Of a stretch of 64,000 nt of DNA, positions 9,735 to 20,010 are shown piece by piece. Source of the stretch: Candidatus Latescibacterota bacterium (GTDB lineage: Bacteria > Latescibacterota > UBA2968 > GCA-2709665). The notes under the pieces are model-generated. The model saw only the letters and a list, made by a program, of their open reading frames with translations. It ran no database searches and was not told the DNA's origin. The stretch's first letter is position 1; each line of letters starts with the position of its first letter. The stretch is from the NCBI GenBank assembly GCA_965219995.1, contig CBDCOX010000002.1, positions 2,688,001 to 2,752,000 on the forward strand, in the 5' to 3' direction. The translations under genes were made by a program, and so were the position numbers.

Positions 9735-10835
9735 ATGGCGAATTACCGCGTGGCGATCATCGGCACGGGCAGGGTGGGGTACCAGTTCAGTTTCGGGGAC
9801 CTGCCGGACAACCACGCCGACGCCCTGGGCGAACACCCGGACTGTGAACTGGTGGCGGGCGTAAACCGGGGTCGCGAAAAACTGGAGGTCTTCGGGCGGC
9901 GATACGGGATCGACGCACTGTATCACGACTACAGGCGAATGCTGGACGAAGTCAGGCCCGATATCTGCATTGTGGCCACCCACCCGGAACTGCATTGCGA
10001 AATGGTGGAAACATGCGCTGCGGCGCCCGCCACGAAAGCGATCATCTGCGAAAAGCCGATGGCCCTTTCGGTGGAAGAATGCGACCGGATGATCGACGCC
10101 TGCGACAGCACGGGCATCCTGCTGCAGATCAACCACAACCGGCGATGGTCTCCGGAGTGGAACCTGGGACTGCAGCTGCTGCGGGACGGCGCGATCGGAG
10201 AGCTGAACCACGTCTACTGCTATATGGACGGCGGCAAGCCGGACCCGTCATGGCGAAGCGAGAATGAGGGTCCGTTTCTGCACGACTTTACCCACTACTT
10301 CGACCTGATGGACATGTACGCGGGCGAGGTGGCCTGGCTTTGCGGGATGGCCGAGCAGCGGATGCGTCCCTGGGCCGTGGAGGACTTCGGCGCGGCGATC
10401 ATGAAATTCAGGAACGGTGCGACGGGTCTGGTCCACGGCGCCGAGTTGACATCCTATACGGACAATGCGTTCGAGTTGCGCGGGACCGAGGGCGTGATCC
10501 GCTTTCTGGGAGAACGGGTCCATCTCTATTGCGCGGTAGAGGACGACTACGAACCGGACAGCGGGTTTCAGTGGCATTCCCTGAAGGACACGCCCGTCGA
10601 CCATCCATCGCCCGCGTCAACTTACGTTCTGGCGCTGAACGAGCTTGTCGACGCGCTGGAGGACCGCGGGGAATTGCGCAGCGACGGGCGGGTGGGACTC
10701 AGGTCTCTGGAGATGGTGATGGCGATCTACCAGTCACAGCTGACGGGAAATCGGCCCGTGGATTTCCCGCTTGAAGCGCGCGGATCGGGTGTGGCGGCCC
10801 TGCGGGATGCGGGACAGTTTGTGGATCGGCAATGA
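9735..10835 (+). CDS. Gfo/Idh/MocA family oxidoreductase
   Basis: AIIGTGRVG, CEKPMA, NHNRR, HDFTHYFD. Confidence 0.9.
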   Translation: MANYRVAIIGTGRVGYQFSFGDLPDNHADALGEHPDCELVAGVNRGREKLEVFGRRYGIDALYHDYRRMLDEVRPDICIVATHPELHCEMVETCAAAPATKAIICEKPMALSVEECDRMIDACDSTGILLQINHNRRWSPEWNLGLQLLRDGAIGELNHVYCYMDGGKPDPSWRSENEGPFLHDFTHYFDLMDMYAGEVAWLCGMAEQRMRPWAVEDFGAAIMKFRNGATGLVHGAELTSYTDNAFELRGTEGVIRFLGERVHLYCAVEDDYEPDSGFQWHSLKDTPVDHPSPASTYVLALNELVDALEDRGELRSDGRVGLRSLEMVMAIYQSQLTGNRPVDFPLEARGSGVAALRDAGQFVDRQ

Positions 10836-10863
10836 GCGTCAAACGGCACGAGAAAGGATCGCG

Positions 10864-12699
10864 ATGGCGGCATCCGATGTAAGGGGATCGTGGATTGAGT
10901 ACGACGTGATCGTCCGCAGGAACGTGATGGTGCCCATGCGGGACGGTGTCAGGCTGGCGACCGATCTGTATTTCCCGGCGAAGCACGGGAACATCGTACA
11001 GGGCGCGTTTCCGGCGGTGATCGAGCGTACCCCCTACGACAAAGAATCCAAGTTCAGCGAAGGCCGGTATCTCGCGCGGAGAGGGTACGTGGGCGTGCGG
11101 CAGGACGTCCGGGGACGGTTTGAGTCGGAAGGCGTGTGGCATCCGTTTGCTAAGGAGGCGCCGGACGGGTACGATACCGTGGAATGGGTGGCCGCGCAGC
11201 CCTGGTGCGACGGAAACGTGGGTACCATGGGCGGGTCTTACTGTGGAAGCGACCAGAGCGCGCTTGCCACCCTGGATCCGCCCCATCTGAGAGCCATGGT
11301 CGTCGCGGTTGGGACGTCGAACTATCACACCAGTTCGATGCGGCAGAACGGCGCCCTGGAACTGCGGTTCATGATATACGCCTTCCGCATGGCGACAACC
11401 AGCAGGGAGGCGCTCGCGGATGCGGCGCTGAAGGCCGCATTGGACGCGGATTTCGCGAGAGTCGGCGAATGGCTGACGCGGACGCCCTACAGGAAGGGAT
11501 CTTCCGCCCTGCGGTTTCTGCCATCCTATGAACAGTGGGTCCTGGATCTTCTGGGTGAAGGCGATTTCAACGACTACTGGAAGCAGCGGGGATACGCGAT
11601 CGACCACTACTACGACGAACACGCGGACGTGCCCACGATTTATCTGGGCGGGTGGTACGACACATATACCCGCGGGACCACGGCGAACTACGTGGCGCTG
11701 TCGAAGCGGATGAAGTCCCCGCAGCACCTGCTGATGGGTCCGTGGACCCACGGCGGCTGGGGGAACTCCTTTGCGGGAGACGTGGACTTCGGATCGGAAT
11801 CCGTCCTGGACGATTACGATGGCTACCGGCTGCGCTGGTTCGACCGCTGGCTGAAGGGAATCGACAACGGGGTCGACCGCGAAAAGCCGGTACGTATATT
11901 CGTGATGGGCGGCGGCGACGGGCGCAAAAACAGGGAGGGGCGCCTTAACTATACGGGCGCCTGGCGGGACGTGGACGACTGGCCCCTGCCCGGGACGCGG
12001 TTTACGCCGTATTACCTGCACTCGGACGGCACGATCGCAGAGGACATGCCGGAGCCCTCGGAGCCGAGTCGGTACACGTTCGATCCCCGGGACCCGGTTC
12101 CCACAATCGGCGGAAATCTGTCCGCCGGAGATCCGATCCTGGTTGCCGGCGCGTACGACCAGCGCGGCGACTCGCGCTTTTACGGATGCAGGGACAGCCT
12201 GCCCCTGTCGGCTCGCGGCGACGTCCTCGTCTTCCAGACCCCGGAGTTGGATGAAGCCCTTGAAGTAACGGGTCCGTTAACGGCGAAACTGTGGGCCTCC
12301 ACGTCGGCGACGGATACGGACTTTACGGTGAAGTTGATCGACGTGCATCCCCCGAACGAGGACTACCCCGACGGATTCGCCCAGAATATCACGGACAGCA
12401 TCGTGCGGGGTCGGTACCGGCGTTCGCGGGACAAACCCGAATTGATGGCGCCGGGCGAAATCTATGAACTGGAAATCGTCATGTATCCCACTTCAACCGT
12501 CTTCGGCGAGGGGCACCGGATCCGGCTCGACGTCTCCAGCAGCAATTTCCCCAGATTCGATATGAATCCGAATACGGGTGGCGCGTTGGGGCGGGACCGG
12601 CGGGCTGTTCCGGCGGACAACGTGATTTACCATGACCCGGACCATCCATCGCATTTGATCCTGCCCATTATCCCAGGGTGTCAACAGGCAGATGGGTGA
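10864..12699 (+). CDS. CocE/NonD family serine hydrolase (S15)
   Basis: VPMRDGVRLATD, RTPY, QDVRG, GGSYCG nucleophile, GGWYD, GPWTH, SSSNFPRFD. Confidence 0.93.
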   Translation: MAASDVRGSWIEYDVIVRRNVMVPMRDGVRLATDLYFPAKHGNIVQGAFPAVIERTPYDKESKFSEGRYLARRGYVGVRQDVRGRFESEGVWHPFAKEAPDGYDTVEWVAAQPWCDGNVGTMGGSYCGSDQSALATLDPPHLRAMVVAVGTSNYHTSSMRQNGALELRFMIYAFRMATTSREALADAALKAALDADFARVGEWLTRTPYRKGSSALRFLPSYEQWVLDLLGEGDFNDYWKQRGYAIDHYYDEHADVPTIYLGGWYDTYTRGTTANYVALSKRMKSPQHLLMGPWTHGGWGNSFAGDVDFGSESVLDDYDGYRLRWFDRWLKGIDNGVDREKPVRIFVMGGGDGRKNREGRLNYTGAWRDVDDWPLPGTRFTPYYLHSDGTIAEDMPEPSEPSRYTFDPRDPVPTIGGNLSAGDPILVAGAYDQRGDSRFYGCRDSLPLSARGDVLVFQTPELDEALEVTGPLTAKLWASTSATDTDFTVKLIDVHPPNEDYPDGFAQNITDSIVRGRYRRSRDKPELMAPGEIYELEIVMYPTSTVFGEGHRIRLDVSSSNFPRFDMNPNTGGALGRDRRAVPADNVIYHDPDHPSHLILPIIPGCQQADG

Positions 12700-13603
12700 C
12701 GATTTCGAGATCAGATACCGGGATCGGGTGTCGGGACGGCAGATAACGGAGCCGCAGTCTTACGCATTTTTTCAATGGGTATTCCAATCTTCGGTCGTGC
12801 TTGGGCTTTTCCATCTGCTGCTGAACAATTCGGTCTTCTGCAGGTTGTACGGATGGTTGCAGGCGCGCCACGGAAGTCGCCGGAAAATCTCCCGTTTCGT
12901 GCGGGACTACGGCATCGACGTGGAAGAGTTCGAAGTTCCACTGGATCGGTATCCGACCTTCAACGCGTTTTTCACTCGCCGGTTGAAACCCGGCGCCAGG
13001 CCGTTTGCCCCGGAACCCGACGCGCTGTCCTGCCCCGCGGACGGCAAGGTCCTGGTCTATCAGAAACTCCTGGAGGGCGCCCGGATCCCGGTCAAGGGGG
13101 CCTCCGTTCCCCTGCAACGCCTGCTGAACTCCGATGAAGAGGCGCGTACCTATCTCCACGGTTCTGCGCTGGTCGTGCGGCTCGCGCCCTACGACTATCA
13201 CCGGTTCCACTTTCCGGACTCCGGAACGGCCGGGCCGGCGCGCGCCCTCGCAGGGCGTTACTTTATTGTCAATCCGTTGGGCCTTGCCCGGGTGCCCGGC
13301 GTCTTCTGGCGGAACAAACGCGCGATTACGAGATTCGATTCGGACGGGTTCGGAAGGATCGCGTACGTGGAAATCGGCGGCTTTGCGGTGGGCAGCATCG
13401 TGGAGACGTACGCACCCGGCCGGGTCGACCGGGGTCAGGAGAAGGGTTATTTTCAGTTCGGGGGGTCCACGCTTGTGCTTCTGTTCGAGCCGGAAACGGT
13501 CGTCTTTGACGACGACCTGATGGAAGATTCCGGGCGCGGAATCGAAGTGCACGTACAGGCGGGCGCGAGGATCGGCGGGCGATTTCAGGACCCGAAAGAT
13601 TGA
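12692..13603 (+). CDS. psd: Phosphatidylserine decarboxylase proenzyme (GGST type)
   Basis: FNAFFTRRLK, PADG, RLAPYDYHRFHFP, NKR, KGYFQFGGST; overlaps the upstream stop by 8 bp. Confidence 0.92.
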   Translation: MGDDFEIRYRDRVSGRQITEPQSYAFFQWVFQSSVVLGLFHLLLNNSVFCRLYGWLQARHGSRRKISRFVRDYGIDVEEFEVPLDRYPTFNAFFTRRLKPGARPFAPEPDALSCPADGKVLVYQKLLEGARIPVKGASVPLQRLLNSDEEARTYLHGSALVVRLAPYDYHRFHFPDSGTAGPARALAGRYFIVNPLGLARVPGVFWRNKRAITRFDSDGFGRIAYVEIGGFAVGSIVETYAPGRVDRGQEKGYFQFGGSTLVLLFEPETVVFDDDLMEDSGRGIEVHVQAGARIGGRFQDPKD

Positions 13604-13691
13604 ACACGCACCGCTTGCGGATCGTCCGGTCGAAACGATCGGAACGCGTTGGACAAAGGACTTTCCATATGGGGTGAGGCGAATTCCGGCC

Positions 13692-15752
13692 TCACCCCAT
13701 TTCTTCTTCGGGCCCCAGGCGGACGAATTCCGACGGATTCGAAAGGTTCTGATACGTGGCATCGATCCACCGGTCCGATCTGGCCGTCGTCGAGATTCGG
13801 ACCTCATCGATTTCGCCCTGGAACGGCGCCCCGCCGCCCGCGAGCCGGCCGATGCTGATCGGAGTCCGGCTGGACCGGACGGAGCCGGATGCTTCGACCG
13901 AGTCCACCGGCCTGCCGTCGATATAGAGCGTCGCCCGTTCGCCGTCGTATATGCCCGACAGATGATGCCGGCCCGGGCTTAGCGTCCTGTTGGCGCGCAC
14001 GCTCCGGGTGCCGCTTTCCGTGTTGATGGTGAAGGTCGGACCCGGGAGCGAGGCGCAAAGACCGCCGTTATGCCCGCATTCGGCGTATTTGAGCGAAAAG
14101 GAGGCCTCGTCCGCGGTATCGTAGCGCAACACCTTTCCATGGGGCGTGTATTCGCGGTTGTCGCTTTCATCCGGGTCTTCGCGCCACGGCGAGAAGTACA
14201 CGTATCGTCCGTCGAACGCGCCGCCATTGAACCCGCCCGGGTTCGGCGGGTAGGTGAAAACGCCACCGTCGGCGGCGTCCCACGCGGCCCTGTCGGTGAA
14301 ATTCATGCAGGTGTTGTAACGCAGGACACGACAGTGGAACCCCCGCTGAGGTTCGTCGCCCTCGTAGAAAGGAATGTAGTAGACGTACTGGCCGTCGAAG
14401 GCCGCGCCGTCATAGCCTTTTGTGTGCAGGCCGGACGTTCCGGCCGCGTCGTAGGCTTCCCAGCTTTCAGGGTCCTTGAAGTCGCACCGCGTATCGTATC
14501 TGACGGCGTTGCTGTGGGCGTAAGGAACGTAATAGACGTAGCGGCCGTCGAAAACGGCACCCACGCACATTCCCATTCCATGAGTACTGGCATCCAGCGC
14601 CTCCCAGGCGGCCGGATCGTCGAACCCGCCGCGGGTATCGTGGCGGAGCACGATGCCGCGGTCATTGAGCGGCGAGTAATAGACGTAACGTCCGTCGAAC
14701 GTGGCGCCGTCGTAGTTCTTCGACTCCAGTCCGTCTGTATTACCGGCATCGAAAATCAAATAGCTTTCGGGATCCTTGAAGCCGCCCCGCGTATCGAAAC
14801 GGACGGCTTTTCCCGATTCGCCCGAGTCACCGTAGTATCCGGGCGACAGGTAGATATATCGACCGTCGTACGCGGCGCTCTGGCAGGCCATGGTCCTCCC
14901 GATGTCGTATGCCTCCCAGCTTCCGGGATCACGGAATTCCCCGTGACGGTGGTATCGCAAAATGCGGCTGTGCAGAGTCTCGCCATCGGTACGCGGGACA
15001 AAGTAGATGTAGTCCCCGGCGTGTACGACGCCGTAGTACCCCTTCGTGTTCAGGCCGTCCGTGCAGCCCGCGTCGTATCCTTCCCAGCTGTCGGGATCGT
15101 CGAACGCTCCCCAGGAGTCATATCGCAGGACCTGGCCGTGGCGGTCCTGCGATGCGTTGAGCTGAGGCGCGAAGTAAACGTAGCGCCCGTCCGAGACCGC
15201 GCCGAAATATCCCTTCGTGTCCAGGCCGTCCGTGTCGCCTGCGTCGTAGGACTCGAACCGGTCCATGACCGGTCGCAGGGACCACCTGGACACCAGCACC
15301 TGGAAGGCGTCGGAATTCGACTGCTCGCTGCCGATCCAGGCCTCCACGGTGAGGGCCTGAGCTTCGTCGAACGATTCGGTGCGCGCATCGGTGCTCTGGT
15401 GGCGGACCCATTTGAAATGCGGGTCCCATACACGATCCGGGGATGAAACCGGTCCTCCGCCATAACAGAGGTAAAGACTTGCGGCCCCGGTGAAAGACGG
15501 AATTCTGACCCGCGCGCTCAGGGCGCCGGTTTCGGGAACGTAGGACTCGATGCAGTACGCCAGCGCATCGCCTTCGAGCGAGACGAAGTGGATGTCGCCG
15601 CCGGCTTTTCCGGATACACGACCGCCACGCTCAACCGATTTGAGTCCATCGTCGCGCAGGGCCACGAGAAGCGGGAAATCCTTTAGATTTCCGATGTCCC
15701 CGCCAGGGTTGATGGTGAGTTTTCTGCGGATCATCTGCCCGGTTTCTTCCAT
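13692..15752 (-). CDS. DUF2341-like N-terminus plus LamG domain interrupted by seven FDGRY repeats
   Basis: 686 aa; DFPLLV..DIHF N-terminus; LTVEAWI ... HHLSGIYDG..LYIDG..IG..FQGEIDEVRI LamG motifs; seven GA(V/T/A)FDGRYVY-like repeats between the LamG halves. Confidence 0.75.
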   Translation of the reverse strand: MEETGQMIRRKLTINPGGDIGNLKDFPLLVALRDDGLKSVERGGRVSGKAGGDIHFVSLEGDALAYCIESYVPETGALSARVRIPSFTGAASLYLCYGGGPVSSPDRVWDPHFKWVRHQSTDARTESFDEAQALTVEAWIGSEQSNSDAFQVLVSRWSLRPVMDRFESYDAGDTDGLDTKGYFGAVSDGRYVYFAPQLNASQDRHGQVLRYDSWGAFDDPDSWEGYDAGCTDGLNTKGYYGVVHAGDYIYFVPRTDGETLHSRILRYHRHGEFRDPGSWEAYDIGRTMACQSAAYDGRYIYLSPGYYGDSGESGKAVRFDTRGGFKDPESYLIFDAGNTDGLESKNYDGATFDGRYVYYSPLNDRGIVLRHDTRGGFDDPAAWEALDASTHGMGMCVGAVFDGRYVYYVPYAHSNAVRYDTRCDFKDPESWEAYDAAGTSGLHTKGYDGAAFDGQYVYYIPFYEGDEPQRGFHCRVLRYNTCMNFTDRAAWDAADGGVFTYPPNPGGFNGGAFDGRYVYFSPWREDPDESDNREYTPHGKVLRYDTADEASFSLKYAECGHNGGLCASLPGPTFTINTESGTRSVRANRTLSPGRHHLSGIYDGERATLYIDGRPVDSVEASGSVRSSRTPISIGRLAGGGAPFQGEIDEVRISTTARSDRWIDATYQNLSNPSEFVRLGPEEEMG

Positions 15753-15861
15753 TGTATCCTCTCCTGGTCAATGTTGAAAATCAGCTTGGTACAGACGGAA
15801 TTCACCTCGTCTGAATCACTGGTGAATTTACGCCGCCTGCAAAGTCTTGCGCCTGGACCAT

Positions 15862-16280
15862 CTACGGCTCCAGCATTACTTTGATGGACCGGTCGCCGGC
15901 GGCGACGAGGTCGATGCCTTCCTGGAATCGATCGAGCGGCACGCGTGGCACGGGACGATCTGTTCCGAAATCGCCGTGTCGCCTATGTCCAATCCGTATT
16001 TTTCCCCCGCGCCCGGTCCCAGCATGACCACATCGCCGATGAATTCGTGGCCCGGGATGACGGGGGCCTGGCAGTATCCCCCGCGGTGTTCGTCTCCCCA
16101 GAAGAGCGGTGCGCCGAGATAGCATTTGAGATCGCTGGCACAGATCCCCGCGGATCTGACGCGGACGACGACCTCCTCCGGTCCCGGAAGCGGCACGGGG
16201 CGCTCTTCGAGGCGGTAGTCCTCGGGTCCGTGGCAGACAACCGCCGGCATGGTATCCGGAAGTCCGGTAGGCGTCGTCAA
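15862..16280 (-). pseudogene. Zn-dependent (MDR) polyol dehydrogenase pseudogene with internal deletion and frameshift
   Basis: N-terminal GICASD, PGHEF, VPCHAC in one frame is joined near 15945 to the extreme C-terminus (RVPLDRFQEGIDLVAAGDRSIKVMLEP*) in another frame; the Rossmann domain is absent. Confidence 0.85.
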
Positions 16281-16485
16281 TGCCGTTTTCCTTTGAAGCG
16301 CCGGGCAACAGGGTCCAAACGTCCGCGCCACACGGACGACGTCAAGATATGCTCAAAAAAAACGGATGGCAACCGATTCGCAAGGACCGGCCACCCCGCT
16401 TTGGTCTTGTGTCCCGCGTCCGCATCTCTTTACATTGCGGGGTAAATTTCCGTGCGCTTGAAGACCTGATTCAGAGGAGAGATTG

Positions 16486-19400
16486 ATGGACCGTCGTGAT
16501 ACGATGTGGTTGCTGGTATTCGTGGTTCTGGGCGTGGGCGGGCTGGCGGTTTTTCTGAATTTCTATAACGAGGCGATTCCGTCCGCGTCGCTGGACTTCA
16601 AGTTGAGCCGGGACGAAGTACACCAGAAGGCACAGGATTATCTGGAGAACCTCGGATACGACCTTGCCGACTTCCAGAGCGCCCAGATATTCTCAAGCAG
16701 CCAGATGCAGCAGATTTTCCTGGAGCAGACGCTCGGTCTGGAGGAGACCAGCCGGCTGGCGAGGGAATGGCTGTCGGTCTGGTCCTGGAGCGTGCGGTGG
16801 TTCAAGCCGCTGCAGAAGGAGGAGCTTCGGGTGGGGCTGGATCCGGGCGGGCGAATCGTCGGATTCTCGCACCGAATCCTGGAATCGGACGAAGGCGCAA
16901 GCCTTACCCAGGACGACGCACTTGAAATCGCATCACGGTTCCTGGGGCGGACCCAGGGATACGACCTCGAAGCTTACGAGTTGATCGACCGGTCCAGCAC
17001 GGAACGCAAGGCGCGGATCGATCACCAGTTCGCCTACCGGAAGAAAGATTTCACGGTAGGCGACGACGGGCATTACCGGCTGGACGTCGTGGTTCACGGC
17101 GACCGAGTGGGGCGGTTCAGCGAGTACCTCAAAGTACCGGAAAGCTTCTCTCGAAGTTATCGCGAGGTACGTTCAAGGGCGAATCTGTTGACTCAGGTTT
17201 TCTTGCCGTTCTGGCTCGCGCTGGGCGTTGCCATGCTGGTGATTCTGGTCAAGAACTATCGCCGAAAGCGGTTGCGTTGGCAGGCCGGCCTGGTCGTGGG
17301 AACGCTCGTGGCCATCGCCTGGCTTGCGGCAAACGTCAATGCCCTGCCTCTTGCGCTGTACAATTTCGAGACCACGATCTCTTACGGCGCCTTTCTGGTG
17401 ACGCTCCTGTTCAGTGCCGTTCTGATCGCGGCGGTGTACGGCGGAGCCGTTTGCCTGGCCGGGACCGCGGGCGGCGTTCTCGAAAGAGACGTGCTGTCCG
17501 AGGGACGCGCGAGTCCGGTCGGGCGCCTGTCGCTCAGAGGGATGTTTTCGGCCGGATTCCTGCGGTCCACGGTTGTGGGTTACGGCGCCGCCGGAGCCGT
17601 GCTGGGTTACGTCGCCGTATTTTACCTGCTTGGCGGGCGGTATTTCGACGTCTGGGTGCCGGCGGACGTCAGCGAGTACAACAATGCATTCAGCACGGCG
17701 ATTCCCTGGATTTACCCGTTGCTGGTGGGATTGTCAGCCGCGGCGGTCGAGGAGTTTTTCTTCCGTCTGCTGGCGATTCCCCTGCTGATCAGATGGTTGA
17801 AACGGCCCTGGCTGGCGGTGTTGCTGCCGGCGGTGGTGTGGGCGTTTCTGCATTCCAATTATCCGCACGAGCCCATCTACGTACGAGGAATCGAGATTAC
17901 CGTCATCGGGATCGTCTTCGGAATCCTGTTTCTCCGTTTCGGAATCTGGGCGCCGGTCATCGCCCATTATGCCATCAATGCCTTTATCGTAGCGTTACCG
18001 ATGGTGAAGTCTTCGAGTCTCTACTTCCAGGTATCCGGGGTACTCGTTATCGGAATCCTCCTGGTGCCGGCGATTCCCGCGGCATTCGCGGTGCTGACAG
18101 GGCGGTCCCGAGCCGAGGAAGTTGAAGACGCGCCAGATGAAGAGGCGCCTCATGAACCGGTCGAAGTCGAGGAACCCGCGCCCGAGCCCGTACGATCGGA
18201 CGTGGTTCAAAGAGACCCCGAAGCGTACTTGCCGGATCGACAGAGGTGGATTGTCGCCGCGGTGTGCATCGTCGCGGGGATCGCGTTGATGTCGGGATTC
18301 CGCGTGGACCGGTTCGGCTCGCGCACGTTGAAGCTCGAAGTGACCCGGAGCCAGGCGGTTAGTGTCGCGGAGGCGTTTTGTAATGAGCTTGGCCTGGATG
18401 TGTCAGAATACCGCAGGTCGGTCCAGTTTCGCAGCGGTGTCGGTTCGTCCCACTACACGCACCTGATCCGTAACGCGGGTGTCGCGCAAGCGGATTCCCT
18501 GATGGTGGAGAACACGACGCCGTGGTACTGGCACGTGCGCTGGTTCAAGCCGATGGAGAAGGAGGAGATCCAGGTGCGTGTGGACGCGTCCGGGAGCGTT
18601 GCCGGATTCAACCACATCATACCCGAAACACGTGCGGGTCCGGAGCTGGAGACGGACGACGCTCGCGCGAAGGCTGAGGCGTTCGTCGAGCGGAATTTCT
18701 CCCGGTCCGTTACGAATACGGCGCAATACAAGCTGTTGGAAGCCCGTTCGGAGAAGGAAAAGGAACGGATGGACCACCATTTCGTCTGGGAGCGGATCGA
18801 CCGGAAAATCGAGGACGGCGAGTTCCGCGTGAATGCGCGGGTCCAGGGCGACGAGGTGGGATTCTTCGGTACTCGATACAAGGCGCCGGAGGAGTTCCTT
18901 CGATCTCTCCGGGAACGCGGCACCGGACAGGCGTTGGCTTCAACTGTGCCCGTCCTCCTGGGGCTGGCGACGCTCATTCTGGCCGGGATTTATTTCTTCC
19001 GCCATTTTCGGGCAAGAGAGATGCGCTGGAGGATGCCGATTACAATTGGCAGTGTGGTTGTGGCGTTATCGCTATTGAGTTGGATCAACTCCTTACCGAC
19101 CTTTTTCCACGCGTACGATACGAGCCAGGCAATAACGACCTATCTGGGCATCCAGGGCGTCGTCATTTTGATCGGGACGCCGATAATGGGGCTGGCGATC
19201 GCGGTCATGATGGCGTTGCTGGTTGCGATGATGGGGTCCCTTTACCCGAATGAGATGAGGCCCGGCAGATGGCTGGGACTCTTGCGGATGCGGGATGGCA
19301 GTGTGCGCTTCTGGTCGGGCGCGCTGGTTCTGGCGGCAGCGTTTCTGCTTCTTTGGAAGGGTACGGAAAGTATCGCAATGTACGTGAAATATAACGGCCT

Positions 19401-19896
19401 GACGGAGTATCTGGACGCGGGCGGATTCAACCTGCCGCGAATCAATACCTATCTTCCCTTCCTTGACGCCGCATGTGACGCGGCCCTGGACCTGATCGAA
19501 CCATTCGCCGTGTTGGCGATCCTGCTGGTCTGGAAGGCCGGAGTCAAACGGCCCTGGCTGATTGTGGCGGGATTCGCGCTTGCCATATTGTCCACCGACG
19601 CGATGGAACGGGCCACGAGTCTCTATCACTTCTCCGTACTGGCCGGCCTGGCGCTTGCAAAACTTGGCGTGCTGGTTTTCCTTATTGTATGGCTGGTCCG
19701 GTTCAACCTGATGGCCTATCTCGTCGCCGTCTGGTCCGCCACGCTCATCTCAGGCACTGGAATCGGGTTCATTCAACGGACAACGGACACCGTCTACCAG
19801 TGGAATGGCATCGCGATGGTCGTGCTCGGCCTGGCGCCGCTGCTCTTCCTGCTGGCTGCGTATCTGCGCGAACGTCGCGAGCGGACGGCCGGATAA
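16486..19896 (+). CDS. Large CPBP (CAAX/Abi) family intramembrane metalloprotease with internal duplication
   Basis: About 1136 aa; EEFFFR, FLH, HYAIN motifs; many TM segments; two similar extracytoplasmic domains (W.VRWFKP..KEE). Confidence 0.85.
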   Translation: MDRRDTMWLLVFVVLGVGGLAVFLNFYNEAIPSASLDFKLSRDEVHQKAQDYLENLGYDLADFQSAQIFSSSQMQQIFLEQTLGLEETSRLAREWLSVWSWSVRWFKPLQKEELRVGLDPGGRIVGFSHRILESDEGASLTQDDALEIASRFLGRTQGYDLEAYELIDRSSTERKARIDHQFAYRKKDFTVGDDGHYRLDVVVHGDRVGRFSEYLKVPESFSRSYREVRSRANLLTQVFLPFWLALGVAMLVILVKNYRRKRLRWQAGLVVGTLVAIAWLAANVNALPLALYNFETTISYGAFLVTLLFSAVLIAAVYGGAVCLAGTAGGVLERDVLSEGRASPVGRLSLRGMFSAGFLRSTVVGYGAAGAVLGYVAVFYLLGGRYFDVWVPADVSEYNNAFSTAIPWIYPLLVGLSAAAVEEFFFRLLAIPLLIRWLKRPWLAVLLPAVVWAFLHSNYPHEPIYVRGIEITVIGIVFGILFLRFGIWAPVIAHYAINAFIVALPMVKSSSLYFQVSGVLVIGILLVPAIPAAFAVLTGRSRAEEVEDAPDEEAPHEPVEVEEPAPEPVRSDVVQRDPEAYLPDRQRWIVAAVCIVAGIALMSGFRVDRFGSRTLKLEVTRSQAVSVAEAFCNELGLDVSEYRRSVQFRSGVGSSHYTHLIRNAGVAQADSLMVENTTPWYWHVRWFKPMEKEEIQVRVDASGSVAGFNHIIPETRAGPELETDDARAKAEAFVERNFSRSVTNTAQYKLLEARSEKEKERMDHHFVWERIDRKIEDGEFRVNARVQGDEVGFFGTRYKAPEEFLRSLRERGTGQALASTVPVLLGLATLILAGIYFFRHFRAREMRWRMPITIGSVVVALSLLSWINSLPTFFHAYDTSQAITTYLGIQGVVILIGTPIMGLAIAVMMALLVAMMGSLYPNEMRPGRWLGLLRMRDGSVRFWSGALVLAAAFLLLWKGTESIAMYVKYNGLTEYLDAGGFNLPRINTYLPFLDAACDAALDLIEPFAVLAILLVWKAGVKRPWLIVAGFALAILSTDAMERATSLYHFSVLAGLALAKLGVLVFLIVWLVRFNLMAYLVAVWSATLISGTGIGFIQRTTDTVYQWNGIAMVVLGLAPLLFLLAAYLRERRERTAG

Positions 19897-19949
19897 CCCG
19901 CTGCTGGTGTTACCGGGTTTTCCGATCCGAGAAGCCAGCGGCTGAGACT

Positions 19950-19992
19950 ATAACCCCCCTCCGAAGAACATCGGAGGGGGGTTATTTTGTTT
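19950..19992. terminator. Strong intrinsic terminator between convergent genes
   Basis: 15-bp perfect stem ATAACCCCCCTCCGA / TCGGAGGGGGGTTAT, 6-nt loop, followed by TTTGTTT. Confidence 0.85.
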
Positions 19993-20010
19993 CTGTCCCA
20001 TCCTGGAACG

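Noticed and set aside
16486-19896. Abortive-infection defence gene
   Set aside because: The Abi label of the CPBP family is historical; there is no defence context here
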